Source: Candidatus Nanohaloarchaea archaeon
Lineage (GTDB): Archaea > Nanohalarchaeota > Nanosalinia > Nanosalinales > Nanosalinaceae
Length of the DNA stretch: 13,498 nt
Assembly (NCBI GenBank): GCA_041640075.1
Contig: JBEQAY010000028.1
Span: 1 to 13,498 of the forward strand
Reading direction: 5' to 3'
The position numbers were made by a program, and so were the translations under genes. The first letter of the stretch is position 1. Each line of letters opens with the position of its first letter. The notes beneath the pieces were generated by a model. The model was not told the DNA's origin, did no database searches, and was given only the letters and a program-made list of their open reading frames with translations. Of this stretch, positions 1-8,068 are shown piece after piece.

Positions 1-2
1 AC

Positions 3-515
3 TCGCCAATCGAGGTAACCGATCTAGGACTGGCGATAGTGAATACTCTCGAAAAACATGCCCCCGACCTTCTTAGTGAGACGCTTACACGTGAGTTCGA
101 GGATCAGATGGATGCAATCCAGAGCGGAGAGGAAACCTCTGAAGACGTAGTTGGAAAGGCTCGTGAAGAACTGGAAGAAACCCTTACCAAGTTCAAGGAA
201 GAGGAGAAGGAGATAGGTGCCGAACTGGTTGAAACTATCGACCAGGAGCGCAAAAGGAGGCGACAGCTTGGTGATTGCCAGGAATGCGGAGATGGAACTC
301 TAAGAATCATCAAAAGTAACGGAAGCCGCTTCGTCGGTTGTTCAAACTACCCTGAATGCGAGAACAGCTTCCCGCTTCCGAACAACGGCGACATCAACAG
401 TGTGGACGAGGTTTGCGAGGAGTGTGGGAACCCGAAGATATATGTCAGCCGCAGCAACGGAAAAGACTACAGCATGTGTATAGACCCCGACTGTCCAACG
501 AAAGACGACTGGTAA
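3..515 (+). CDS. topA: DNA topoisomerase IA, C-terminal part (5'-truncated by window edge)
   Basis: The frame is open from base 3. SPIEVTDLGLAIVNTLEKHAPDLLSETLTREFEDQMDAIQSG matches the Topo IA 'T.LG..V...L....T..FE..MD.I..G' segment. It is followed by two C4 zinc ribbons (CQEC..GCSNYPEC; CEEC..CIDPDC). Confidence 0.93.
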   Translation, partial: SPIEVTDLGLAIVNTLEKHAPDLLSETLTREFEDQMDAIQSGEETSEDVVGKAREELEETLTKFKEEEKEIGAELVETIDQERKRRRQLGDCQECGDGTLRIIKSNGSRFVGCSNYPECENSFPLPNNGDINSVDEVCEECGNPKIYVSRSNGKDYSMCIDPDCPTKDDW

Positions 516-584
516 CTCAGGAGATACCTTTCCACTCGCTTCAGGAGAAGAATTACAGATAGAGAAAGTTTGAAACAACCTGAA

Positions 585-1445
585 TTAATTTTTCCTAACA
601 TCGTTGGAGAGGAACTCTATGACCTTGTCCGTTCTTTCCTGTGCTCCTTCCAGATCGAACTCTTCACCTAGCTCCTCAAATTTGTCGGCGAAAGCATCTT
701 CATCACCGATTATTTCCCTTATATCCTCGGCGGATTCAATAAAGTTTTCACGCACCTTCTCATTCTCCTGGTTCTCTGACTGTATACTGCCGTAAAGTCC
801 AGGTTTCTGGTTCAGCATACGCGCCGTTAAGTCTGTTATCAGCTGGTAGACTGGAGAAGAGTACTCGCTCATATCTGCGCCACCAAGATCAGATTTTCGT
901 ATAGTTTCAGCGACCACAAGCTCGGAGAAATGCATCAGGCCCTGCACAAGGCTCATAGCTTTGTCATGACTCTCTGGATCTGTGATATGGATGTCGCCGC
1001 CGTTCCTGCTCCAGAACTCCTCCATCCCCGTCCATTTTTTACCTTTCTCAGGGCAGAGAACGATTTTCTGACCTGAGATAGAGTTAGTAGGAGCGTACAT
1101 AGGATGCATGCCAAGTACTTCATCTGAATAGTTTTTCATGGCCCCAACAGGCTTCTTTTTCACACTTGTAACGTCGCAGAGAAGTGTGTCATCTGAGATA
1201 TGGGGTCCGATCTCATGGATTACGTCTACGGTCACCGAGATCGGCACTGAAATTATGACAACATCTGCTTGCTCTGCTGCTTCTTTCTGCTTGACAGGTT
1301 CCCAGTCCTCTCCTTCACAGGCTTCACGGGCTCTGTGCAGGTTTCTTCCCGTCACCAGGATATTGTTTTTATCTTCAAGGTTCCTTGCGAGATGTTTGCC
1401 GAACTTTCCTGTTCCTCCTATTATCGCGATATCCTGGTCTATCAT
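585..1445 (-). CDS. tyrA: Prephenate/arogenate dehydrogenase (TyrA)
   Basis: Rossmann IAIIGGTGKFG, DVTSVK, catalytic HPM(YAP), HDKAMSLVQGLMH. No C-terminal ACT domain. Clustered with chorismate mutase and pheA. Confidence 0.93.
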   Translation of the reverse strand: MIDQDIAIIGGTGKFGKHLARNLEDKNNILVTGRNLHRAREACEGEDWEPVKQKEAAEQADVVIISVPISVTVDVIHEIGPHISDDTLLCDVTSVKKKPVGAMKNYSDEVLGMHPMYAPTNSISGQKIVLCPEKGKKWTGMEEFWSRNGGDIHITDPESHDKAMSLVQGLMHFSELVVAETIRKSDLGGADMSEYSSPVYQLITDLTARMLNQKPGLYGSIQSENQENEKVRENFIESAEDIREIIGDEDAFADKFEELGEEFDLEGAQERTDKVIEFLSNDVRKN

Positions 1446-1532
1446 CTATCCAAGATTTCAGTTCTTACTCTAAAAGGGTTTTCGGCGTCTAGAACCATGT
1501 AATTTTTCACATTGGCTGATCAACCGTGTTTC

Positions 1533-1832
1533 ATGTCAAAAGTTCTTGAAGATGACGAGCTTGAGGAAGAACTGGAAAAACTGAGCATATGGGGTCTTGA
1601 AATGGGGAAGCTGGCGACGCGCATGGAGTTCGACAACTACAGAGATGCCGTCTTCTTCGCTAACTCTGTTTTCTCGATCGCCGAGGAAGAGTTCCACCAC
1701 CCCGAGGTTAAAGTGGAGTACGGCGCCGTAGAGATTGATCTCTGGAGCCATGAAGAAGAAGGAATCACAGAGAAAGATATCGAAATGGCGGAGAGGATCG
1801 AACAGAAACTTGCAGAAATCGACTGGGACTAG
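1533..1832 (+). CDS. phhB: Pterin-4-alpha-carbinolamine dehydratase (PCD/PhhB family)
   Basis: Motif E-x3-HHP-x5-Y-x9-H-x8-D (EEEFHHPEVKVEYGAVEIDLWSHEEEGITEKD). ATG at 1533 is preferred over TTG at 1512. The stop overlaps the convergent aminotransferase stop (CTAG 1829-1832). Confidence 0.9.
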   Translation: MSKVLEDDELEEELEKLSIWGLEMGKLATRMEFDNYRDAVFFANSVFSIAEEEFHHPEVKVEYGAVEIDLWSHEEEGITEKDIEMAERIEQKLAEIDWD

Positions 1833-2941
1833 ATGCTCTCTTCTATCCTTTCAAAAGCCTTCTTTATTTCCTCTTTAGTGGTGGAGCCGAAGCAGATCCT
1901 GACGTTCTGATCGCTTCCAGGACCCATAGACTCACCCGGCACCATGGCCACACCTTCATCAATCATCTCCATGCAGAACTCCCAGGAATCCTCACCTACC
2001 TCAGGGAATGCGTAAATCGCGCCTTCAGGAGCGACGAAATCCCATCCAAGATCTTTCATTCTTTCAACCAGTAGATCTCTCCTCTCTCCATAGGTTTCAC
2101 GCATCTCTTCGACGTGGGAATCCTTTTCAAGTGCTTCCACAGCCGCGTACTGGGAGATCCTTGGGGGACACGCTGTACTGGCTCTTGAAACTTTTGCGTA
2201 CTGCTCAATGTTCTCCTGTTTATCGATTATCCAGCCGATTCGCCAGCCCGTCATGGCGTGATTCTTGGATACCGAGCCGATAACAGCTGAATCACAGGAG
2301 TAAACTGCCGGGGAGTGATGTTCTCTCTCGTAAGTCAATCTGTGATACACTTCGTCCGAAATTAAGAAAGTATCGTTTTCATCAGCGAACTCACCGATTT
2401 CCCGGGCCTGATCCTGTGTCAAAGTATATCCTGTAGGATTTCCTGGCGTATTAACGATTAGAAGATCTGCTTCGGCGATTTTCTCTTTTGTCTCTTCCCT
2501 TAGGTTTCTGTTCCGGTCCCAGTACTGGACCTGTTCCCACTGGTTCTCCGAAACCTCGCTGATCATCTTGTAAGGTCCCCAGCACGGATCATTGAAAACT
2601 GCCTTGTCTTTCTGTCCGAGCCTGGCTGCCAGGATAGCGTATAGAGCACCCATTCCTCCTGTAGTGACCATTACATGCTTTTTCTGGATCTTTTTTCCTT
2701 CATCGCCGTAGCCTATCTTCTGGTTTTCCTCTGCTGCTATAGCTTCTCTCAGGTCCTCGATCCCCAGCATCGGAGAATAACCTTGCTTGTTCTCAAGTCC
2801 TTTTTTCGCGGCTTCTTTGACGTGTTCCGGAGTATCAAAGCTTGGCTGTCCGATGTCAAATCTGACGATGTCCTCTTTCTGGGCTGCTTTCTCCGAAATT
2901 TTTCTTATAGAGAGATCTATGTTCTCGATTCTTTCCCTCAT
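1829..2941 (-). CDS. PLP-dependent aminotransferase class I/II (probable aromatic amino acid/aspartate aminotransferase)
   Basis: GQPSFDTP, NTPGNPTG, DEVY, SVSKNHAMTGWRIGW (PLP lysine), VRICFG. ATGA overlap with the pheA stop, and GGTGG SD-like sequence upstream. Confidence 0.92.
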   Translation of the reverse strand: MRERIENIDLSIRKISEKAAQKEDIVRFDIGQPSFDTPEHVKEAAKKGLENKQGYSPMLGIEDLREAIAAEENQKIGYGDEGKKIQKKHVMVTTGGMGALYAILAARLGQKDKAVFNDPCWGPYKMISEVSENQWEQVQYWDRNRNLREETKEKIAEADLLIVNTPGNPTGYTLTQDQAREIGEFADENDTFLISDEVYHRLTYEREHHSPAVYSCDSAVIGSVSKNHAMTGWRIGWIIDKQENIEQYAKVSRASTACPPRISQYAAVEALEKDSHVEEMRETYGERRDLLVERMKDLGWDFVAPEGAIYAFPEVGEDSWEFCMEMIDEGVAMVPGESMGPGSDQNVRICFGSTTKEEIKKAFERIEESI

Positions 2942-3720
2942 TTTTCCACCTTCCCGTAGCTTCCTAGATCATCGACTTCGCCGTAGGTCTCAAGACATTT
3001 TTTAGCCAGTTCAAGCCTTTCACCTGCAGACTCGGCTTCGACATAAAAGTAATAGTTTCCAAGCCCTTCTTTTGTAGGTCTGGACTGTATATGGCTCAGG
3101 TTAATTTCCTGACCGGCAAAACATGAAAGCATAGCGTGTAAAATGCCTGGCCGGTCCTCTCCAGGCTCCAGGATAAGAGAAGTCTTCTCTTTTCTGTCCG
3201 GTTCGCTGTTTAACACGAAGAAGCGTGTGACGTTCGTGTCCCGGTCCTGAACTGATCTCTGCAGTATGTTCTTATCATTGATTTCAGCAGCTATCTCAGA
3301 TGCCAGAGCTGCTTCGCCTTCTTCAATCTCCTCTACAGCACCTGCAGTCGAGGAAGCTTCTTCTTCAGTCCAGCCATGATCTGAAATTATCTCCTGTGAC
3401 TGGTCAAGCGCCTGAGGATGTGATACAACAGTTTCAATATCTTCAATCGATTTCTCGTCTGAGATAAGAGCATGTTGGATAGGTAGGACTACTTCAGCCG
3501 TTATAGAGACCTCTTCCTCTCTCAGGAGATCCACTGTATCTGTTACTCCTCCGCCCAGAGAGTTCTCAATCGGTACAAGCTTCCTCTCCACTTCCGACTT
3601 GAAAACTTCTCTTATAGTGGAACAGAAAACCGGTTCAAGATCGTCAAAGTATTTTTCTGCGGCCTGATGAGTGTAAGTTCCTTCAGGTCCAAGTAAAGCT
3701 ACTTCAGTCAATTTATTCAC
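2938..3720 (-). CDS. pheA: Prephenate dehydratase with C-terminal ACT domain
   Basis: LGPEGTYT, PIENS, SHPQAL, catalytic TRF (NVTRFFVL), ACT domain DRPGIL...NLSHIQSRP. Confidence 0.95.
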   Translation of the reverse strand: MNKLTEVALLGPEGTYTHQAAEKYFDDLEPVFCSTIREVFKSEVERKLVPIENSLGGGVTDTVDLLREEEVSITAEVVLPIQHALISDEKSIEDIETVVSHPQALDQSQEIISDHGWTEEEASSTAGAVEEIEEGEAALASEIAAEINDKNILQRSVQDRDTNVTRFFVLNSEPDRKEKTSLILEPGEDRPGILHAMLSCFAGQEINLSHIQSRPTKEGLGNYYFYVEAESAGERLELAKKCLETYGEVDDLGSYGKVEK

Positions 3721-3989
3721 CGGTCAAGAAGATCTTTTTGAACATCTACTGCTGTTTCGATCAGTACTTCTGCAAGTTCCTCTCCACGGCCTTCAGGTAG
3801 GTTCTTTTTACTGAAAAGTTCCTCAAATTGCTCTTTAACCTCTTCTTCACGCTCATGGTCTCTTATCTGGATATCTTCCCTCTCTTTCTGGTCCATGACT
3901 TTCAGGACGGCGTCCATACGCTCTCTGACATCGTTTACGATTTTCCTGTTGGCCTCATCGATCTCTTCACGTGCTTCCTCCAAACTCAT
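3717..3989 (-). CDS. aroQ: Chorismate mutase, AroQ (type II) family
   Basis: 90-aa helical protein LEEAREEIDEANRKIV...RERM...K...IRDHEREEEV...VQ with the AroQ Arg/Arg/Lys/Glu/Gln pattern. ATGA overlap with the pheA start. Confidence 0.88.
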   Translation of the reverse strand: MSLEEAREEIDEANRKIVNDVRERMDAVLKVMDQKEREDIQIRDHEREEEVKEQFEELFSKKNLPEGRGEELAEVLIETAVDVQKDLLDR

Positions 3990-4035
3990 ACGAGAGAGTT
4001 AACAGGCAATTCTTTAGAATTTTCCGAAAAAACTG

Positions 4036-4719
4036 TTAGAAAAGTCCTCCTTCCTCGTCTTCCTCAAGACCATCATCTGTAATCTTGAAGCCGACTTTCT
4101 CACCTTCTGCGATCGACCGGTGCTTGGCGATCTCCGCAGTCCTGACACCTTCGCCTGACTGCGAAAGCTGTACAAGGCATTTTGACCAGTACTTTGGAAC
4201 GTCACGGCCTACCAGCTCCAGATCATCTTTCTCGAAACTTGTGTACACCTGGTTAGTTATAACTACAGGTATATCCTGCTTCCTGGCGATACCTGAAAGC
4301 TTTGAGAGCTGTCCGGAGAGCTCATTATTTATCTCCGAGGCGTTGTCTCCGTTAACTTTGAGCCTGTAAAGCGAAACCATTGAATCGACTATTACCAGAC
4401 CTATATCATCTTTCACGTCATGAAGCGACTCTATAGCTTCTTCCTGTTCTTCAAACGTAGTTGCATCCTTGAGAAGGATATTGTCAAGATCTTCCTCTGA
4501 TGCGATCTGGATAAATCTTTCTGCGGAAAAACTGGCTTCCGTGTCTATGTAAGCTACCTTGCCTCCGTTTTCTGCGACTTCTGCGGCGATCTGTATGCAG
4601 ACATTGGTCTTGCCTGAGCCGGAGTCTCCGTAGAAATTTGAGATTACTCCTTTCTCTATTCCTCCACCGAGAAGACTGTCGAGTGGCTTGCAGCCGGTTG
4701 ATACACGGTTTACTTCCAC
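4036..4719 (-). CDS. radB: DNA repair and recombination protein RadB
   Basis: STGCKPLDSLLGGG, Walker A GDSGSGKT, YIDTE, Walker B VIVDS, ITNQV, RadB basic patch KHRS. 227 aa with no RadA N-domain; GTG start. Confidence 0.93.
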   Translation of the reverse strand: MEVNRVSTGCKPLDSLLGGGIEKGVISNFYGDSGSGKTNVCIQIAAEVAENGGKVAYIDTEASFSAERFIQIASEEDLDNILLKDATTFEEQEEAIESLHDVKDDIGLVIVDSMVSLYRLKVNGDNASEINNELSGQLSKLSGIARKQDIPVVITNQVYTSFEKDDLELVGRDVPKYWSKCLVQLSQSGEGVRTAEIAKHRSIAEGEKVGFKITDDGLEEDEEGGLF

Positions 4720-4818
4720 ATCGAAAGATTCTTTCCAACTCTTTTATCGGTGCCTGATTCGGCCTGAATAGAACAGAACCCACACCTGTTTTTATTCAGG
4801 AAGAGAAAAGAAAGAGAT

Positions 4819-5313
4819 ATGGAGGCACGACACATAGTTTTTGGTGCAGTTTTTGTGGCATTTTTCGGTATCGGGATGCTGAACGTGATGTCAGACGGAA
4901 GATTCGCACATATGCTGGCCAGCCAGATACCAGGTCATGCAGGAACAGGAAATGCATCCATACAGGACGTTGAAGAAGTGGAACTGGAGTCTGGAGAGAA
5001 AGTCATTCGAAGAGTTGAGTTAAGAAATGTGAAGAGAGTTTCCTATGGTGATCCAACAATCTCTACTAACGGCACAGATCCTTTGAACTTTACTATAGAT
5101 CTTGCTCCGCCCTTTAGTGGCGTTGAACAGTCAATGCCGCCGAACTATGTTTACGATCACCGGGAGAGAAAGATCACCGCAACTCTCAGCTTCGAGGCTG
5201 AGGAAGTAGCCGAACCAGGAGAATGGACCTTCGAGTTAACGGCCAGACCTGGGGATATACGCACGGAAAAAATTTCACGCGAGATACCTGTGAATATCAA
5301 ATCAGACCAGTAG
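4819..5313 (+). CDS. Hypothetical membrane-anchored/secreted protein, probable Ig-like beta-sandwich
   Basis: N-terminal hydrophobic segment (IVFGAVFVAFFGIGML), alternating beta-strand pattern with AEPGEWTFELTA, three N-x-S/T sequons. TTTTTATT box at 4789-4796. Confidence 0.7.
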   Translation: MEARHIVFGAVFVAFFGIGMLNVMSDGRFAHMLASQIPGHAGTGNASIQDVEEVELESGEKVIRRVELRNVKRVSYGDPTISTNGTDPLNFTIDLAPPFSGVEQSMPPNYVYDHRERKITATLSFEAEEVAEPGEWTFELTARPGDIRTEKISREIPVNIKSDQ

Positions 5314-5317
5314 AGGT

Positions 5318-5339
5318 TTTTTGTTTACGTAAACAAAAA
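5318..5339. promoter_or_regulatory. Perfect 22-bp palindrome TTTTTGTTTACGTAAACAAAAA; candidate operator (or terminator of the upstream gene)
   Basis: Self-complementary around 5328/5329. It lies just upstream of a TATA-like TTTAAG (5344-5349) located 26-31 bp before ATG 5375. Confidence 0.6.
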
Positions 5340-5374
5340 TCCATTTAAGTGTTGTATGTTAAGTTGAACTTGCC

Positions 5375-5737
5375 ATGTCCGAAGAAGAAGCGGCCTTGAT
5401 AACATACAACACAGAGCGTAAGAACTTTGATTCAGTCTACGAGAGAAACAAGTTTTACCGCGGTCTCTTCGGATACAAGCAGACAGTCAGGAAGAACGGG
5501 AAGGAGTACGAGTACGAGAAAGATGGACTGATGGACGAGATCCCTCATCTCAGGATCGACGACTCCGTGTTCATTACTCCAACAAGATGCGTTGAGAAGG
5601 TTGAAAGATACTTCGAGGAATGGGGAGAAAAAGTCTCAAAACACATATTCACAGTTGTAATCGAGGACAAGACCATGATAGAGAAGATAAGAAACGAGGA
5701 AAAAGACCCGGAGCTAGGAGAAGGTGAAAAACAATAA
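5375..5737 (+). CDS. Hypothetical protein with Cas2/VapD/PaaX-middle-like ferredoxin-fold pattern
   Basis: ALITYNT...[11 protein letters not shown]...RIDDSVF resembles Cas2 'l..YDi....r.kv.k.L..yG..rvQ.SVF'. Stop TAA overlaps the cdc48 ATG. The ORF is convincing; the fold call is by eye. Confidence 0.65.
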   Translation: MSEEEAALITYNTERKNFDSVYERNKFYRGLFGYKQTVRKNGKEYEYEKDGLMDEIPHLRIDDSVFITPTRCVEKVERYFEEWGEKVSKHIFTVVIEDKTMIEKIRNEEKDPELGEGEKQ

Positions 5738-8016
5738 TGACAGACGACGACAGCGTAAAACTGCGTGTAGGAGAAGTACCTCCAAATGCACAGCAGGACA
5801 TCGGTAAAGGTATCGTAAGAATTGACAGCAAAATCATGGAAGAACTCAACGTTCGTGAAGGAGAAGCAGTAATACTTGAAGGCGAAAGAGAAACAGTAGG
5901 GCGAATTGCACGATCCTATCCTGCCGACAAAGGTCTAGGAATCGCCAGAATGGATGGATACATGCGTAAAAACGCAGGTACAAGCCTGGGAGAAAACGTG
6001 TCCGTCAGAAAGGCAGAGATGAAGGAAGCGGAGGAAATTACTCTTGCACCCGCCGAAGAAGGTGTTATGATGCAGGTATCCAACCCTAACATCTTCAAGA
6101 AAGGACTTGCCGGTAGAGCAATAATGCAAGGCGACATCGTTGTGCCTGGAGGAGACAGAGACCGGAAACAGTCCGTCTTCGACGACATGCCGTTTGACTT
6201 CGACATGGACAAGTTTGCCATGGGCTTCGGCGGCGAGACAAAGCTTATGGTCGTCAAAACCAAGCCGAAAGGCGCAGTACAGATAACAAAGAACACTGAT
6301 ATCAAGATGAAACAGCAGGCAGTAGAGGAACCAGGACAGAAACGTGTAAGCGTACCAGACGTAACCTACGAAGATATAGGAGGACTCGACGAGGAAGTAC
6401 AGAAAGTCAGGGAGATGATCGAACTCCCACTGAAGCATCCAGAAGTCTTCCAGCAACTTGGAATAGACGCTCCAAGCGGGGTCCTGCTCCAGGGACCACC
6501 GGGAACAGGAAAGACACTGCTCGCAAAAGCAGTAGCCAACGAATCCAATGCAACATTCCTTTCCATCGACGGACCGGAGATCATGTCCAAGTACTACGGA
6601 GAATCAGAGAAACAGCTCCGTGAAAAATTCGAGGAAGCAAGAGATGACGCGCCTGCAATCATCTTCATCGACGAAATCGACGCCATCGCACCTAAGAGAG
6701 ATGAAACTGGGGGAGAAGTCGAGAGAAGAGTTGTAGCTCAGCTTCTCAGTGAGATGGACGGCCTGGAGGCACGTGAAAACGTGATCGTTATTGCTGCCAC
6801 AAACCGTGCGGACTCCATCGATCCGGCTCTGAGAAGAGGAGGAAGATTCGATAGAGAGATAGAGATCGGTGTACCGAACAGAGACGGCAGGAAAGAAGTT
6901 CTGCAGATCCATACGAGAAACATGCCACTGGCAGACGACGTAGACCTCGACGAACTGGCAGACAAGACACACGGATACGTCGGAGCAGACCTGGAGGCTA
7001 TGTGTAAAGAAGCAGCGATGTACGTCCTGAGGGATATACTCCCAGAGATAGATCTGGATGAAGAGATACCGAGCGACGTCCTTGAAGACCTGATAGTAGA
7101 TAGAGACGCAATGATAGAAGGTATGCGTACCGTTGAACCTTCACAGATGCGTGAAGTAATGGTTGAAGTACCTCAGGTAACCTGGGACGACATCGGAGGA
7201 CTTGAAGAGACGAAAGACCGTCTGCAGGAGATGGTCGAGTGGCCACAGGAGTACCCGGACGAGTTTGAGAGCATGGGTATAGACGTACCTAAAGGCATCC
7301 TTCTCTACGGACTGCCAGGAACAGGAAAGACACTGCTCGCAAAAGCAGTAGCCAACGAATCCAACTCCAACTTCATCTCCGTAAAAGGACCGGAACTGCT
7401 CTCCAAGTATGTCGGTGAGTCCGAAAGTGCGGTCAGAGAAGTCTTCAAGAAGGCAAGACAGGTCGCGCCATGTGTCCTGTTCATAGACGAGATTGACTCC
7501 ATCGCACCGCGCAGAGGTTCCAGAAGCTCTGATTCTGGTGTTGGAGACAGGGTTGTCAACCAGTTGCTTACAGAGCTGGATGGAATCGAAAGTCTTGAAG
7601 GAGTAACAGTTATCGCAGCCACGAACAGACCTGACATGATCGATCCAGCGATCATGCGACCTGGAAGAATCGACAGGAACGTAGAGGTCGAGGTACCGGA
7701 TGAAGAAGGACGGAGAAAGATCTTCGAGGTCCATACTATGGATATGCCTCTTACAGACGACATAGATCTCGACGAACTCGCTGAGATGAGTGAAGGCTAC
7801 GTCGGTTCGGATATAGAGTCCATCTGTCGTGAAGCAGGTATGAACGCTCTTCGTAACGATAGAGGTGCCAAATCCGTGACCATGGAAGACTTTGAAAACG
7901 CGATCGATGAAGTCCGACCAACTGCAACCGAGGATAACCTGCAGCGTTACGAGAAGATGATGCAGAAGATGCAGGACATCGAGCAGACTGAAGACACACC
8001 TGACTACTACGCCTGA
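5737..8016 (+). CDS. cdc48: Cdc48/VCP (VAT) family AAA+ ATPase
   Basis: N-domain, D1 ([30 protein letters not shown]), D2 ([22 protein letters not shown]), C-terminal HbYX tail YYA. AAGGTGA SD at 5721-5727. Confidence 0.98.
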   Translation: MTDDDSVKLRVGEVPPNAQQDIGKGIVRIDSKIMEELNVREGEAVILEGERETVGRIARSYPADKGLGIARMDGYMRKNAGTSLGENVSVRKAEMKEAEEITLAPAEEGVMMQVSNPNIFKKGLAGRAIMQGDIVVPGGDRDRKQSVFDDMPFDFDMDKFAMGFGGETKLMVVKTKPKGAVQITKNTDIKMKQQAVEEPGQKRVSVPDVTYEDIGGLDEEVQKVREMIELPLKHPEVFQQLGIDAPSGVLLQGPPGTGKTLLAKAVANESNATFLSIDGPEIMSKYYGESEKQLREKFEEARDDAPAIIFIDEIDAIAPKRDETGGEVERRVVAQLLSEMDGLEARENVIVIAATNRADSIDPALRRGGRFDREIEIGVPNRDGRKEVLQIHTRNMPLADDVDLDELADKTHGYVGADLEAMCKEAAMYVLRDILPEIDLDEEIPSDVLEDLIVDRDAMIEGMRTVEPSQMREVMVEVPQVTWDDIGGLEETKDRLQEMVEWPQEYPDEFESMGIDVPKGILLYGLPGTGKTLLAKAVANESNSNFISVKGPELLSKYVGESESAVREVFKKARQVAPCVLFIDEIDSIAPRRGSRSSDSGVGDRVVNQLLTELDGIESLEGVTVIAATNRPDMIDPAIMRPGRIDRNVEVEVPDEEGRRKIFEVHTMDMPLTDDIDLDELAEMSEGYVGSDIESICREAGMNALRNDRGAKSVTMEDFENAIDEVRPTATEDNLQRYEKMMQKMQDIEQTEDTPDYYA
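6502..6548 (+). repeat. 47-bp exact direct repeat, copy 1 (cdc48 D1 Walker A)
   Basis: GGAACAGGAAAGACACTGCTCGCAAAAGCAGTAGCCAACGAATCCAA, identical to 7318-7364. Confidence 0.95.
7318..7364 (+). repeat. 47-bp exact direct repeat, copy 2 (cdc48 D2 Walker A)
   Basis: Identical to 6502-6548, offset 816 bp (272 codons). Confidence 0.95.
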
Positions 8017-8031
8017 TCATCTCAGGCACAC

Positions 8032-8046
8032 CTTTTTCTTTATTAA
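8032..8046 (+). terminator. T-rich tract after cdc48 (archaeal terminator-like), overlapping a TATA-like TTTATTAA for the next gene
   Basis: CTTTTTCTTTATTAA begins about 15 bp after the cdc48 stop and ends 23 bp before ATG 8069. Confidence 0.4.
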
Positions 8047-8068
8047 TTAGATCAGGTAAATTGGTTTC

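Noticed and set aside
517..548. TCAGGAGA direct repeat (517-524, 541-548) between convergent topA and tyrA
   Set aside because: A single 8-bp pair with no element between the copies; compatible with chance.
4008..4030. Short palindromes AATTCT-TT-AGAATT and TTTTC-C-GAAAA upstream of chorismate mutase
   Set aside because: 5-6 bp AT-rich arms with no second copy seen upstream of tyrA; may just be the radB terminator/promoter region.
5375..5737. Calling the ORF a bona fide CRISPR cas2
   Set aside because: No cas1 or array nearby, the catalytic Asp position is Asn, and the similarity is by eye only.
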